From NCBI GenBank assembly GCA_041744215.1, contig JBGTLG010000041.1, positions 64,001 through 128,000 of the forward strand: DNA of 64,000 nucleotides, in the 5' to 3' direction. Every line of letters begins with the position of its first letter. Position 1 is the stretch's first letter. Shown here piece by piece: positions 27,940 through 39,755 of the stretch. This DNA comes from Fimbriimonadales bacterium. Lineage in GTDB: Bacteria; Armatimonadota; Fimbriimonadia; Fimbriimonadales; ATM1. The translations under genes were made by a program, and so were the position numbers. The notes beneath the pieces are model-generated. The model saw only the letters and a program-made list of their open reading frames with translations. It was not told the DNA's origin and ran no database searches.

Positions 27940-29688
27940 GTGCCTTCCAAGGTCGCATTGTTGGACCCTCACACGATCAACCAGATCGCCGCTGGCGAGG
28001 TCGTCGAGCGCCCAGCGAGCGTGGTGAAGGAGCTACTTGAGAACGCCATCGATGCAGGCGCGAGCAGAATCGAGATTTCGGTAAGCGGCGCGGGACGCGA
28101 CCGAATAAAAGTTTCAGACAACGGCGCTGGCATGTCCCCGGAGGACGTCGAACTGTCGCTCCAGCGACACGCGACCAGCAAGATTCGAGCAGCCGGGGAT
28201 TTGTTGCGCGTGGTATCACTCGGCTTTCGCGGTGAGGCTATCCCCAGCATCGCAAGCGTCTCAAAAACCACGATCGCGTCAGCGGAGGAAGACGGTGCAC
28301 GAACGCGCATCGAAGTCGATTACGGCGCGGTTGTCCGGAAAGACACAGTAGCTGGCCCGAAGGGAACCGATGTCACCGTCGAAAATCTCTTCGAAAACAC
28401 CCCTGCTCGGCTAAAGTTTCTTCGCACGGACACTACCGAGTCGGCCGCCATCGTTGACCTCGTCGGAAAGTACGCGCTGGCGTATCCCCACGTCTCTTTC
28501 ATTTTGCGTGTGGGCGATAACGTAACGGTTCAAACAACGGGTTCCGGTGACTTGCTGGATGTCTTGCAACACGTCTGGAGCGCCGATCTGGCGCGCGCGC
28601 TCGCAGAAGTCGACACAGTCGTTGGCGGGATTCGGGTTCAGGGTTTCGTCAGCCCGCCGCATGTCAACAAGCCCACGAGGTCGCACCAGATTCTTTACGT
28701 GAACGGACGGCCCGTTAGGTCGAAGACGCTCTACGCTGCATTGGACGCGGCCTATCGATCGATCACGCCGGAGAGACGCTATCCTGCTGCTGTGCTCTCG
28801 ATCTCGATCGACCCCGCAGACGTCGACATAAACGTTAGCCCAACAAAATCCGAAGTTAAGTTTCACCGCGAAGGCGCAGTCTTCGATGCAATCAGGCTCG
28901 CCATAAAGTCGGGACTGATGGAACATGGGCTCATGCCGGCAGTCGCCGCAACCGTAGCAGGATCGGGCGTCTCAGCAGCAGACGTCCTCGGCCTCGTGTC
29001 ACTGGGCTCCGTGGCCGCAACTGCGGGCTCTGGCGCGGAGCCTCTCGCACACCTCTTTCGCGAGCCATTTGAGCCATCTGAGAGGGCGCGCTATCCGTTC
29101 CTTGACCTGCTCGAGGACTTTCGGGTGTTGGGGCAGGCGATCGATACCTTCATCGTCGCATCCACACGCAGGGGCATAGCAATCATCGACCAGCATGTAG
29201 CGCACGAGCGCGTGCTCTACGAATACCTATGTGGCCTCAAGTCGGGGACGCCCATCGAGGAGCAGCCGCTTCTGACGCCGACTACTATCGAGTTGGATCG
29301 CAGCCTCGCGATGCAGTTTGCCGACCATCTTGACGACCTCGCTGCGATTGGCTTTCGTGTTGAGCCCTTTGGAGGAAACGACTTCCTCGTCCGTTCGATT
29401 CCTGGCGCATTGTCGAGCAAGGACTTCATGAGGGTTCTTCGAGACATTGCCGAGGAACTTGCATCATCCGGTGGGAGGCTTCGACCGAGTGACGCCCGAG
29501 AGAAGATATGGATCACAAGTGCATGCCGCATGGCCGTGAAAGCGGGCGACCCGCTGAGTCTCGCAGAAATGGAGAAGCTAGTTGCAGACCTTGCTGAGAC
29601 CGAGAACCCTTACCTCTGCCCGCACGGTCGCCCAATAACAATCACCCTCGGATTCGATGAGCTGATGCGCAGGTTCAAGCGGACGTGA
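27940..29688 (+). CDS. mutL: DNA mismatch repair endonuclease MutL
   Basis: NQIAAGEVVERP, GFRGEA, DQHVAHERVLYE, SACR, CPHGRP. Confidence 0.97.
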   Translation: MPSKVALLDPHTINQIAAGEVVERPASVVKELLENAIDAGASRIEISVSGAGRDRIKVSDNGAGMSPEDVELSLQRHATSKIRAAGDLLRVVSLGFRGEAIPSIASVSKTTIASAEEDGARTRIEVDYGAVVRKDTVAGPKGTDVTVENLFENTPARLKFLRTDTTESAAIVDLVGKYALAYPHVSFILRVGDNVTVQTTGSGDLLDVLQHVWSADLARALAEVDTVVGGIRVQGFVSPPHVNKPTRSHQILYVNGRPVRSKTLYAALDAAYRSITPERRYPAAVLSISIDPADVDINVSPTKSEVKFHREGAVFDAIRLAIKSGLMEHGLMPAVAATVAGSGVSAADVLGLVSLGSVAATAGSGAEPLAHLFREPFEPSERARYPFLDLLEDFRVLGQAIDTFIVASTRRGIAIIDQHVAHERVLYEYLCGLKSGTPIEEQPLLTPTTIELDRSLAMQFADHLDDLAAIGFRVEPFGGNDFLVRSIPGALSSKDFMRVLRDIAEELASSGGRLRPSDAREKIWITSACRMAVKAGDPLSLAEMEKLVADLAETENPYLCPHGRPITITLGFDELMRRFKRT

Positions 29689-30170
29689 GGATCCTGGGTA
29701 TTGACCCGGGCTTTGGAAGACTCGGATACGGTGTTATTGATAAAGTCGGGATGGAGCCTCAGGTTGTCGCCTATGGCGTGATCTCGACGAAACCCTCGGC
29801 CAGCATGCCCGAGCGGCTTGGCCAAATCTACCTCGAGGTAGGCGAAATCATCGAAAAGCACGCGCCGGACTGCGTTGCCAGCGAGAGGCAGATCTTCTCC
29901 GCCAACAAAACCACGGCTCTCGATGTCGCGAAATCGCTTGGCGTGGTGATGCTCCTGACAGCGCATCGCGACCTCCAGTGGTCGGATTACACGCCCGCAG
30001 AGGTCAAGATGGCTGTGACCGGAAACGGATCAGCAGACAAGAGTCAGGTGGAGTTCATGGTGGGTCGGCTGCTCAATCTCGAGGGCGTAAAGCTGGTCGA
30101 CGATGCCGCAGACGCGCTCGCGATCGCGCTGTGCCATGAGCAGCACGAAAGGATTCGCTCCAAAGGATAG
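29685..30170 (+). CDS. ruvC: Holliday junction resolvase RuvC
   Basis: ILGIDPG, YTPAEVKMAVTGNGSADK, DDAADALAIA. Confidence 0.96.
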   Translation: MRILGIDPGFGRLGYGVIDKVGMEPQVVAYGVISTKPSASMPERLGQIYLEVGEIIEKHAPDCVASERQIFSANKTTALDVAKSLGVVMLLTAHRDLQWSDYTPAEVKMAVTGNGSADKSQVEFMVGRLLNLEGVKLVDDAADALAIALCHEQHERIRSKG

Positions 30171-30214
30171 CGCGGGGTATTCTTCCGTGCGGCCAGGAGA
30201 GCCGATTTCACCAA

Positions 30215-32410
30215 ATGTTGGATTCATGGATGAGCACCGATCGAGTCGCCGTTTTAGGCGCAGGCACGATGGGTAGCGGCATTGCAGCCCATTTAGCAAA
30301 CCTCGGTTTCGATGTGCTCCTTTTTGATCTCACGAAGGAGTCGGTCCATGCCGCATTCGATCGCGCCCAGTCTTCAAAACCGCCCCCTTTTTACGATCAC
30401 AATGCGGTGACGCGAGTTACGCTTTGCTCGATCGAGGAGGATCTTCACAGGATTGAAGAAGTCAATTGGGTGTGCGAGGCAATCGTCGAAAAAATGGATT
30501 TGAAGCGAGATCTCTACGCTCGTATCGAGCCCCATCTGAGATCCGATGCGATGATATCAACCAACACAAGCGGTTTGGAGATTAAGCTACTTGCCGAAGG
30601 GATGAGCGAGTCGTTTCGCAAACGCTTTATCGGCACTCACTTTTTCAATCCACCTCGATACCTGAAGCTGATTGAGCTGATCCCGACCGCAGACACAGAT
30701 AGATCGACCGTCGACGCGTACACGCTTTTTCTCGAAGATCGAGTTGGCAGGCGCGTCGTCGTTGCAAAAGATACGCCAGGGTTCATTGCAAACCGCTACG
30801 GCATGTGGTGCCTTTTTCAAGCGATTCACACCTGCGAAAAACTTCGCTTCTCTGTGGAAGCAGTCGATGCCATGACCGGCCCTTTCCTTGGTCGACCTAA
30901 AACTGCAACGTTCCGTCTGGCAGACCTGATTGGCCTCGACATCATGGAGGACATTGCGCAAAACATCCAAGCACGTTGTCATTCAGACGCGGCGACGAAC
31001 GTACTCGATCTGCCCCAGTCTGTTGCATCGCTCATTGAGGCGGGTCGAATTGGGTCAAAGTCTGGACGAGGGTTTTATGAGCGAGCAGGCAAAGAGTTCC
31101 TTGTCTACGACTTTGCCGATGGTGGATACCGCCAGCCTGAGGTTGCCTCATTTCCCACGATTGAAGAGCTTGCCCGAAAGCCGATCGGCGAAAGACTCAG
31201 AATTGCACTGACTCGAAGGGACGAGGTAGGTGAGTTTATGAGGGCGCATCTGTCGCCGATTTTGGAGTACGCAGCCACGATTGGATCGGAAGTTTCGTTC
31301 AACGTATCCGACTTTGACAGAGTGATGAAATGGGGATTCGGTTGGGAAGCCGGACCATTCGAACTTATCGATAGAATCGGCTACGAGGTGTTGGAAGGAT
31401 TCTGGTCCGCATCGCCTCTCAAGAAAAAGTCTCCCTTTTATCTGGATGGCGCACCTCTGTCCTTCCCGGATCAGCGCCACTTGCCGATCAAAGAGAATCC
31501 TGCGTTCGCAAGTGTTGCTGCGTTTCCAGCTGTCGATACTCACGACGAATGGATCGTCCGCGAAGACGGAGAAGGCGGTTTCATTTTCGAGTTTCGTACG
31601 AAGCTAAACGCTCTCAATTCTAAACTCATTTCAGCACTGACTGGGCTGTTGCGCCAGAACTCTGGAGTGCGAATCACACTTACAAATGAGGGACGCGCGT
31701 TTTCTGCGGGTTTTGACTTGACGACATTGTTGCGAGCAACAGAAGAGGGGCGTCTTTCTGAAGTTGAATCTTGGCTGCGCGATCTTCAGGAGTGCTGCCT
31801 TCTGCTTCGCGAACATAGCACCGTTGCCGGTGTGCATGGTTTCACTCTTGGCGGCGGGATGGAGATCGCGATGCACTGCCAAAAAATTGTCGCAGACCCT
31901 GAAGCGATTCTCGGGTTGCCTGAGTCGTTGGTCGGCCTTGTGCCAGCCGGCGGAGGCACTGCTCTAATGCGACACCGATCCCAAGGTGACGCAAAGCTAA
32001 TGGCTCAAGCCTTCACTCTTCTTGCCACCGCAACGAAGGTGCCCGCCAGCGCAGCAAAGAAGTCCCTGCTCTTGCGCGAGAATGATGAATTGATCGTTAA
32101 TCCAGACCAATTGGTGTATAAGGCTGTTCACGCCAGCCCAGAGCCGCTGCCCAAGCCTGTTTGGCTGCCAGCTCCGCCGCAGGCGAAAGGCATGATCGAC
32201 CAGGAGATCGAGAAGCTTCGCAGCAATTGGACGATTGGAGAATACGGGCTCACTATCGCAGAGGAACTGAAGCGTATCTTCACCCAACCAGACTCCTACG
32301 AGGCTGCGCTCGAGATGGAGCGAGAGGCGTTTCTACGACTCCTCACAAGGCCGCTGACAATAAACAGAATCAAGCACCTTCTCGAAACTGGGAAACCACT
32401 AAACAATTAG
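30215..32410 (+). CDS. 3-hydroxyacyl-CoA dehydrogenase / enoyl-CoA hydratase fusion (FadN-like order)
   Basis: GAGTMGSGIA, TNTSG, HFFNPPRY, GFIANR, GGGMEI, GLPESLVGLVPAGGG, TGKPLNN. Confidence 0.9.
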   Translation: MLDSWMSTDRVAVLGAGTMGSGIAAHLANLGFDVLLFDLTKESVHAAFDRAQSSKPPPFYDHNAVTRVTLCSIEEDLHRIEEVNWVCEAIVEKMDLKRDLYARIEPHLRSDAMISTNTSGLEIKLLAEGMSESFRKRFIGTHFFNPPRYLKLIELIPTADTDRSTVDAYTLFLEDRVGRRVVVAKDTPGFIANRYGMWCLFQAIHTCEKLRFSVEAVDAMTGPFLGRPKTATFRLADLIGLDIMEDIAQNIQARCHSDAATNVLDLPQSVASLIEAGRIGSKSGRGFYERAGKEFLVYDFADGGYRQPEVASFPTIEELARKPIGERLRIALTRRDEVGEFMRAHLSPILEYAATIGSEVSFNVSDFDRVMKWGFGWEAGPFELIDRIGYEVLEGFWSASPLKKKSPFYLDGAPLSFPDQRHLPIKENPAFASVAAFPAVDTHDEWIVREDGEGGFIFEFRTKLNALNSKLISALTGLLRQNSGVRITLTNEGRAFSAGFDLTTLLRATEEGRLSEVESWLRDLQECCLLLREHSTVAGVHGFTLGGGMEIAMHCQKIVADPEAILGLPESLVGLVPAGGGTALMRHRSQGDAKLMAQAFTLLATATKVPASAAKKSLLLRENDELIVNPDQLVYKAVHASPEPLPKPVWLPAPPQAKGMIDQEIEKLRSNWTIGEYGLTIAEELKRIFTQPDSYEAALEMEREAFLRLLTRPLTINRIKHLLETGKPLNN

Positions 32411-32413
32411 TCT

Positions 32414-33163
32414 ATGAAGATCCTTGTTCCTACAAAGCGAGTACCAGACCCGTACGCGAAGATTCGACTGACATCCGACGGATCCTCGATCGAAACGTCA
32501 GCAATCAAGTTTGAGATAAATCCATTCGATGAGATTGCGGTCGAAGAAGCAGTCAGACAAAAAGAAGCTTTGGGCTGCGAGATCGTGGTTGTGAGCATAG
32601 GACCGCCAGAATGCGAAGAGCAACTTCGAAAGTCACTCGCGATCGGGGCCGACAGAGCGATTCACATCGAGACAGCGGAGCTGTTTGATTCACTTGGTAT
32701 CGCCAAAGTTCTTAAGTCAATCGTCGACCGAGAGCAACCCGATGTAGTCTTGATGGGAAAGCAAGCGATCGACGATGACGCGAATCAAGCTGGGCAGATG
32801 CTCGCCGCACTCCTCGAATGGCCCCAAGCAACTTTTGCTAGCAAAGTCGAAATAGCGAATTCTAAGGCGACGGTGACGCGCGAAACCGACTTCGGGCAAG
32901 AAACGCTGCGAATGTCGCTCCCATGTTTAATCACCACAGACTTGCGATTGAACGAACCCAGATACGTCGCGCTGCCTGGGATCATCAAGGCACGCACCAA
33001 GCCGCTTGAAAAGCTCACCATGGCTGACATAGGGGTGAGCGCAGAGTGTAGCATCGAGATTGTTGGCATGGAGCAGCCGCCATCACGAACCGCAGGCAGA
33101 AGAGTCGCCAGTGTGGATGAATTGCTTGAAGCGCTAAGAAACGAAAAAGGGGTTGCGATCTGA
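32414..33163 (+). CDS. etfB: Electron transfer flavoprotein beta subunit
   Basis: KRVPD, INPFDEIAVEEA, GKQAIDDD, NEPRY. Confidence 0.95.
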   Translation: MKILVPTKRVPDPYAKIRLTSDGSSIETSAIKFEINPFDEIAVEEAVRQKEALGCEIVVVSIGPPECEEQLRKSLAIGADRAIHIETAELFDSLGIAKVLKSIVDREQPDVVLMGKQAIDDDANQAGQMLAALLEWPQATFASKVEIANSKATVTRETDFGQETLRMSLPCLITTDLRLNEPRYVALPGIIKARTKPLEKLTMADIGVSAECSIEIVGMEQPPSRTAGRRVASVDELLEALRNEKGVAI

Positions 33164-34059
33164 TGGGAAAGACGCTTCTCATATCGCTCGATGCCAACGA
33201 TGTCGAACCGCTGGCAGCGTTTGCGCAACGGCATGGGACTGCGTTCGACCTCTTGTCCCTCGCGTCACGTGCGCCGATAGACGTGGGCGCGGACACAGCG
33301 TATTCCGCAAACCTTAAAGAGGTTCCGCCTGCTGATTCGCTCGTGGCATCGTTACGCTCCTTTGCGGCCGACTACGATCTAATCGCTGTGTCCGCAAGTA
33401 TGTTTGGAAAAGACTTTGCTCCAAGACTTGCTGGCGCGCTTAACCGGCCAATGGTCGGAGATATACTCGAGATCAAGAGCGCTGACACGTTTGTTCGGCC
33501 GATGTACGCTGGAAATGTGCTGGCAACGGTTCGGGTCACGCAACCCAAGTTCGTAGCTTCAGTTCGTGCCACCGCGTTCGGAAGTCCATCTCGCGCCGGT
33601 GCGTCCGCAGAACAGTCAATATCGATTGCTGGCGAGGGAAAAGCAGAAAGAACCAGCGTGAGTGAAAAGGAAGCTGCACGGCCTGATCTGACGATGGCAA
33701 ACACCGTCGTTTCTGGCGGCAGGCCTCTCAAGGATGCAGAAACGTTTGAGAAACTGATCGGTGGATTGGCTGATGCGTTGGGCGGCGCGGCGGGTGCCAC
33801 TCGGGCCGCCGTCGACAGCAACATCGCACCAAACGAATTGCAGGTCGGCCAAACCGGAAAGATTGTTGCGCCTGATCTCTACATAGCCGCAGGGATCAGC
33901 GGAAGCACCCAGCACATGGCAGGAATGAAGGATAGCAAGGTAATCGTTGCCATCAATACTGATGGTGATGCGCCCATCTTCGAGATCGCGGACTACGGAC
34001 TTGTCATGGACCTTTACGAAGCAATTCCGGAACTGCTCAGCAAAGTCAAGCGAGCTTAG
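33163..34059 (+). CDS. etfA: Electron transfer flavoprotein alpha subunit
   Basis: RPMYAGN, VVSGGR, QVGQTGK, GISGSTQH, IVAIN. Confidence 0.95.
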   Translation: MGKTLLISLDANDVEPLAAFAQRHGTAFDLLSLASRAPIDVGADTAYSANLKEVPPADSLVASLRSFAADYDLIAVSASMFGKDFAPRLAGALNRPMVGDILEIKSADTFVRPMYAGNVLATVRVTQPKFVASVRATAFGSPSRAGASAEQSISIAGEGKAERTSVSEKEAARPDLTMANTVVSGGRPLKDAETFEKLIGGLADALGGAAGATRAAVDSNIAPNELQVGQTGKIVAPDLYIAAGISGSTQHMAGMKDSKVIVAINTDGDAPIFEIADYGLVMDLYEAIPELLSKVKRA

Positions 34060-34319
34060 TTCTCAACTGGTAACGGTTGTTCTCCGGGACGCTTGTAGCC
34101 TTGTTCTCGGGCAAGCGCCTCGCGACCTCGTGGCTTCTCGAGCTCCGACTTTTCCTCCAGCATTCTAGCTCGCTCTTCCTCTGCCATACGCATCCGAGCG
34201 TCGCTTGCAGATTTCTTCGCCTTCTGATCTTGATACAACTCCCAAGTCCCCACATTGAAAAACATTGCCGCTAAGACCGCAATAGCCACAGCCAGCAAGA
34301 CAACTCCAAATCGCTTCAT
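34056..34319 (-). CDS. FtsB/DivIC-like septum formation initiator
   Basis: N-terminal TM, coiled coil, EALAREQGYKRPGE; downstream of eno-pyk. Confidence 0.7.
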   Translation of the reverse strand: MKRFGVVLLAVAIAVLAAMFFNVGTWELYQDQKAKKSASDARMRMAEEERARMLEEKSELEKPRGREALAREQGYKRPGEQPLPVEN

Positions 34320-35734
34320 ATCTTTGTCCTCGGGTCATGGACCTGCATGAGGGTGACCATGTTCGTCGTCCCAGGACGACCAACTGGGATGCCCGCTGTG
34401 ATAACGACTAAGTCACCCTGCTTTAAGACGCCGCCATCGATACCTGCAATAAATCCCTTCGAAATCATCTCCTCAGTATCGTGAAACTCGTCGGTCAAAA
34501 GCGGTTGGACACCCCATAAGAGTGCCACTTGCCTCGCGGTTCTCTCACGATAGGTAGCACAAAGCACCGGTACCCGGGGGCGAAACTTGGCAACCATTCT
34601 CGCAGTAAAGCCGCTCGTCGAAAACGATAAAATCGCACGCGCATGGAGGTCGCCGGCAATTCGACAAGCAGCGCGCGCGACCGCCTCAGTAGCGTCACCA
34701 GCCTTGCGCCATTCCTGCGCCTCTACCAAACGAGCAAACTCGGGACTCTTTTCGGTTTTCTCAGCGAGTCTACTCATCGCGTTCACAGCCTCCACCGGAT
34801 ACATCCCGCTTGCGGTCTCGCCGCTCAACATGATTGCATCGGTGCCGTCAAGAATCGCGTTTGCGACATCGCTTGCTTCTGCGCGTGTCGGTCGAGAATT
34901 CTCCATCATGCTTTCCATCATTTGGGTCGCCGTGATCACCGGCCTTCCAGCTTCTCGACACATGCCAATGATCCGCTTTTGCACAAGTGGAACGTCCTCA
35001 ATTGGAAGTTGAAGCCCCAAATCGCCGCGCGCGACCATGATCGCATCGCTGTGGCGGATGATGTTTGCGATATCTTGAACTGCACTCTTCGTTTCAATTT
35101 TCGCAACGATCTGAATCGACTTATCCAATTCATCGATGATCGCCCCGAGGCTAAGCACATCTTCCGCGGACCTCACATAGCTCATCGCAACATATTCCGC
35201 AGATAGCTCGGCGGCGACTTTTACGTCCTCGATGTCCTTTTGCGTAACGACGGGAACGTCGAAGCTTGCGCCGACGACAGTAACTCCGCGCCTCGAGTGG
35301 ACCCTTCCACCGGCGACGGTCGTCAAGATTGCTCCCTCTTCGCTCGTGGACTTGACCGAGAAAGCGACCTCACCGTCTCCGACAAGCACCTTGGCACCAG
35401 GAACGAGCTTAGCGAGAACCTCCGGAGCGAGAATGGGCAGTTCGCCCTCGCCAACCCCAACCCGAACTGTGCTGCCCTTGTCAACCTCGAGGGATCCGAC
35501 GACATCGCCAATCCTGAACTTTGGGCCGCTAAGGTCAACGAGGATAGAGACCGATGTCTTCAGTTCTTTCGAGATAGATCGAACCCAGTCAATCCATCGG
35601 CGACGAATAGCCCATTCGCCGTGGCTGCAGTTTATGCGAGCCACGTTCATCCCGGCCTCGATCAGTTGTCTGATACGCTCCTGCGAGTCAACTGCCGGGC
35701 CAATGGTGCAAACGATCTTTGTCTTTCGGGGCAT
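34316..35734 (-). CDS. pyk: Pyruvate kinase
   Basis: TKIVCTIGP, AKIE, MVARGDLG, ATQMMESM, DAIMLSGETA. Confidence 0.97.
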   Translation of the reverse strand: MPRKTKIVCTIGPAVDSQERIRQLIEAGMNVARINCSHGEWAIRRRWIDWVRSISKELKTSVSILVDLSGPKFRIGDVVGSLEVDKGSTVRVGVGEGELPILAPEVLAKLVPGAKVLVGDGEVAFSVKSTSEEGAILTTVAGGRVHSRRGVTVVGASFDVPVVTQKDIEDVKVAAELSAEYVAMSYVRSAEDVLSLGAIIDELDKSIQIVAKIETKSAVQDIANIIRHSDAIMVARGDLGLQLPIEDVPLVQKRIIGMCREAGRPVITATQMMESMMENSRPTRAEASDVANAILDGTDAIMLSGETASGMYPVEAVNAMSRLAEKTEKSPEFARLVEAQEWRKAGDATEAVARAACRIAGDLHARAILSFSTSGFTARMVAKFRPRVPVLCATYRERTARQVALLWGVQPLLTDEFHDTEEMISKGFIAGIDGGVLKQGDLVVITAGIPVGRPGTTNMVTLMQVHDPRTKI

Positions 35735-35772
35735 ACCTTCCCTGGCTGCTCCTGCCTAATTGTAGACTGTTC

Positions 35773-37920
<2,148 letters not shown>

Positions 37921-37928
<8 letters not shown>

Positions 37929-38454
37929 CTCAGAAAGGTCAACTGAAGTTCGAATGTCCGAACTGATGACACCCGAGTCCGCTAACTTTTTAGGAAACGT
38001 TTTTGGCGGAATCATTCTCGCAATGCTCGACAAGGTCGCCTATGTGACCGCGAGTCGGTTTGCCGGGAGAACTTGCGTGACTGCGAGTTTTGACCGAGTG
38101 GACTTTCATAGCCCAATCTATGTTGGCGAGCTTGTACACATGATCGGGCAAGTCGTATACGTAGGACGCACAAGCGTCCAAGTCGAAGTCCAAGTCCACG
38201 CAGAAAACATAAAGGAAGGGACCTATCGACATACCAACACATGCACGGCAACGCTAGTTTCGATCGACGAGAATCACAAACCGACTGCCGTGCCACGTTT
38301 ACAGTGTGAAACGCGAGAACAGATGATAAGTTTTCTTAAAGGCAAAGCGCGAAGAGAACTCTCACAAAAGCACCAAGCTGAGTTACAAAAGATCGCAGGA
38401 GACATCGAGTCGTTGACGGACGAAGCGATGCGTTCTGCAATCGAAGGCACCTAA
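37921..38454 (+). CDS. Hot-dog-fold acyl-CoA thioesterase (YciA-like)
   Basis: ANFLGNVFGG, DKVA, VTASFDRVDF, VGRTSVQV. Confidence 0.88.
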
Positions 38455-39728
38455 CGCTCAATCTTCTCGACACCCATAAACGGGCGGAGCGCCTCGGGAA
38501 CTTCTACGCTGCCGTCCTCTTGTTGATAGCTTTCCAACAACGCCGCGGTCAACCGCGGCAGCGCCACTCCACTCGCATTGAGCGTGTGCAAGAAACGTGG
38601 TTTGGCGCCAGCTTCCGGTCGATACCGGATGTTTGCACGCCGCGCCTGAAAGTCTTCAAAATTACTTGCGCTGCTAACTTCTAAGTACTGCCCGACGCCT
38701 GGGGCCCATATCTCGAGGTCGTAGCATTTCGCGTTCGCAAAGCTCATTTCGGGCGCGCAGAGCAGCGAAGTTCGGTAAGCCAGGCGCAAGGATTGGAGTA
38801 CTGCTTCGGCATCCAATCTAAGAGTCTCCAACTCATCATAACTTGACTCAGGCGTGCAGAATTTAACGAGTTCCACTTTGTCAAACTCGTGAACCCGAAG
38901 CAGCCCTCGCGTATCCTTGCCAGCTGCCCCCGCCTCTCTCCGGAAGCAGGCGGAAAACGCCGCGTAGTGAATTGGAAGCTGACTCGCTTCGAGTATCTCG
39001 TCGCGAAGCAGGTTTGTAACGGGCACCTCAGCGGTTGGAACTAAGAACAGATCGTCTCGATCGGTTCGATACAGATCATCCTCAAACTTTGGCAACTGGC
39101 CAGTGCCTAACAGCGAGTCTCGATTCACGAGAAGCGGTGGATAGATTTCGGTGTAGCCACGCTGATCGCAATGAAACTGGACCATATAGTTGAACAGCGA
39201 CCGTTGCAATCTTGCTCCCAACCCACGATAAACGATGAACCCGCTGCCTGCTATCTTTGCGCCGGCTGCGAAGTCGATGATCCCTAATGCTTCCGCGATT
39301 TCCCAGTGAGGTTTCGGCTCAAAGTGGAAGCTTGGCTTCTCGCCCCACTCGTCAACGATTAGGTTGTCCGATTCACCCTCGCCGTCAGGCACGCTGGGAT
39401 GCGGAATATTGGGGATTTGCAACTCGATTTCACGGAGTCCACCCTCCAGTTCACGCTCTCGCTCTTCGGCTGAAGAAATCTCTTCTCGGAGCGCCTTTCC
39501 TCGCTGTTGATAAGATTCGGCTTCCTCACGCTTGCCAGCCTTCATTAGCTCGCCGACAGTCTTACCTATAACGTTTGACTCAGCTCGCTTCGCGTCTAGC
39601 TCCGTTTTTAGGGAACGTAACTCAGCGTCAACTTTCAGGAACTCTTCGATAGGCGCTTCGATACGTTTGCGGGCTGCGCCCAGCATGACGCGTTCTGTTT
39701 CTGTCCTGATGACGTTCCTATCCAACAC
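38451..39728 (-). CDS. serS: Serine--tRNA ligase
   Basis: GTGQLPKF, PTAEVP, FRREAG, EVSSASN, HTLNASG. Confidence 0.98.
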   Translation of the reverse strand: MLDRNVIRTETERVMLGAARKRIEAPIEEFLKVDAELRSLKTELDAKRAESNVIGKTVGELMKAGKREEAESYQQRGKALREEISSAEERERELEGGLREIELQIPNIPHPSVPDGEGESDNLIVDEWGEKPSFHFEPKPHWEIAEALGIIDFAAGAKIAGSGFIVYRGLGARLQRSLFNYMVQFHCDQRGYTEIYPPLLVNRDSLLGTGQLPKFEDDLYRTDRDDLFLVPTAEVPVTNLLRDEILEASQLPIHYAAFSACFRREAGAAGKDTRGLLRVHEFDKVELVKFCTPESSYDELETLRLDAEAVLQSLRLAYRTSLLCAPEMSFANAKCYDLEIWAPGVGQYLEVSSASNFEDFQARRANIRYRPEAGAKPRFLHTLNASGVALPRLTAALLESYQQEDGSVEVPEALRPFMGVEKIER

Positions 39729-39755
39729 GGGAGAAATACCGCCTTGCGTAATAGC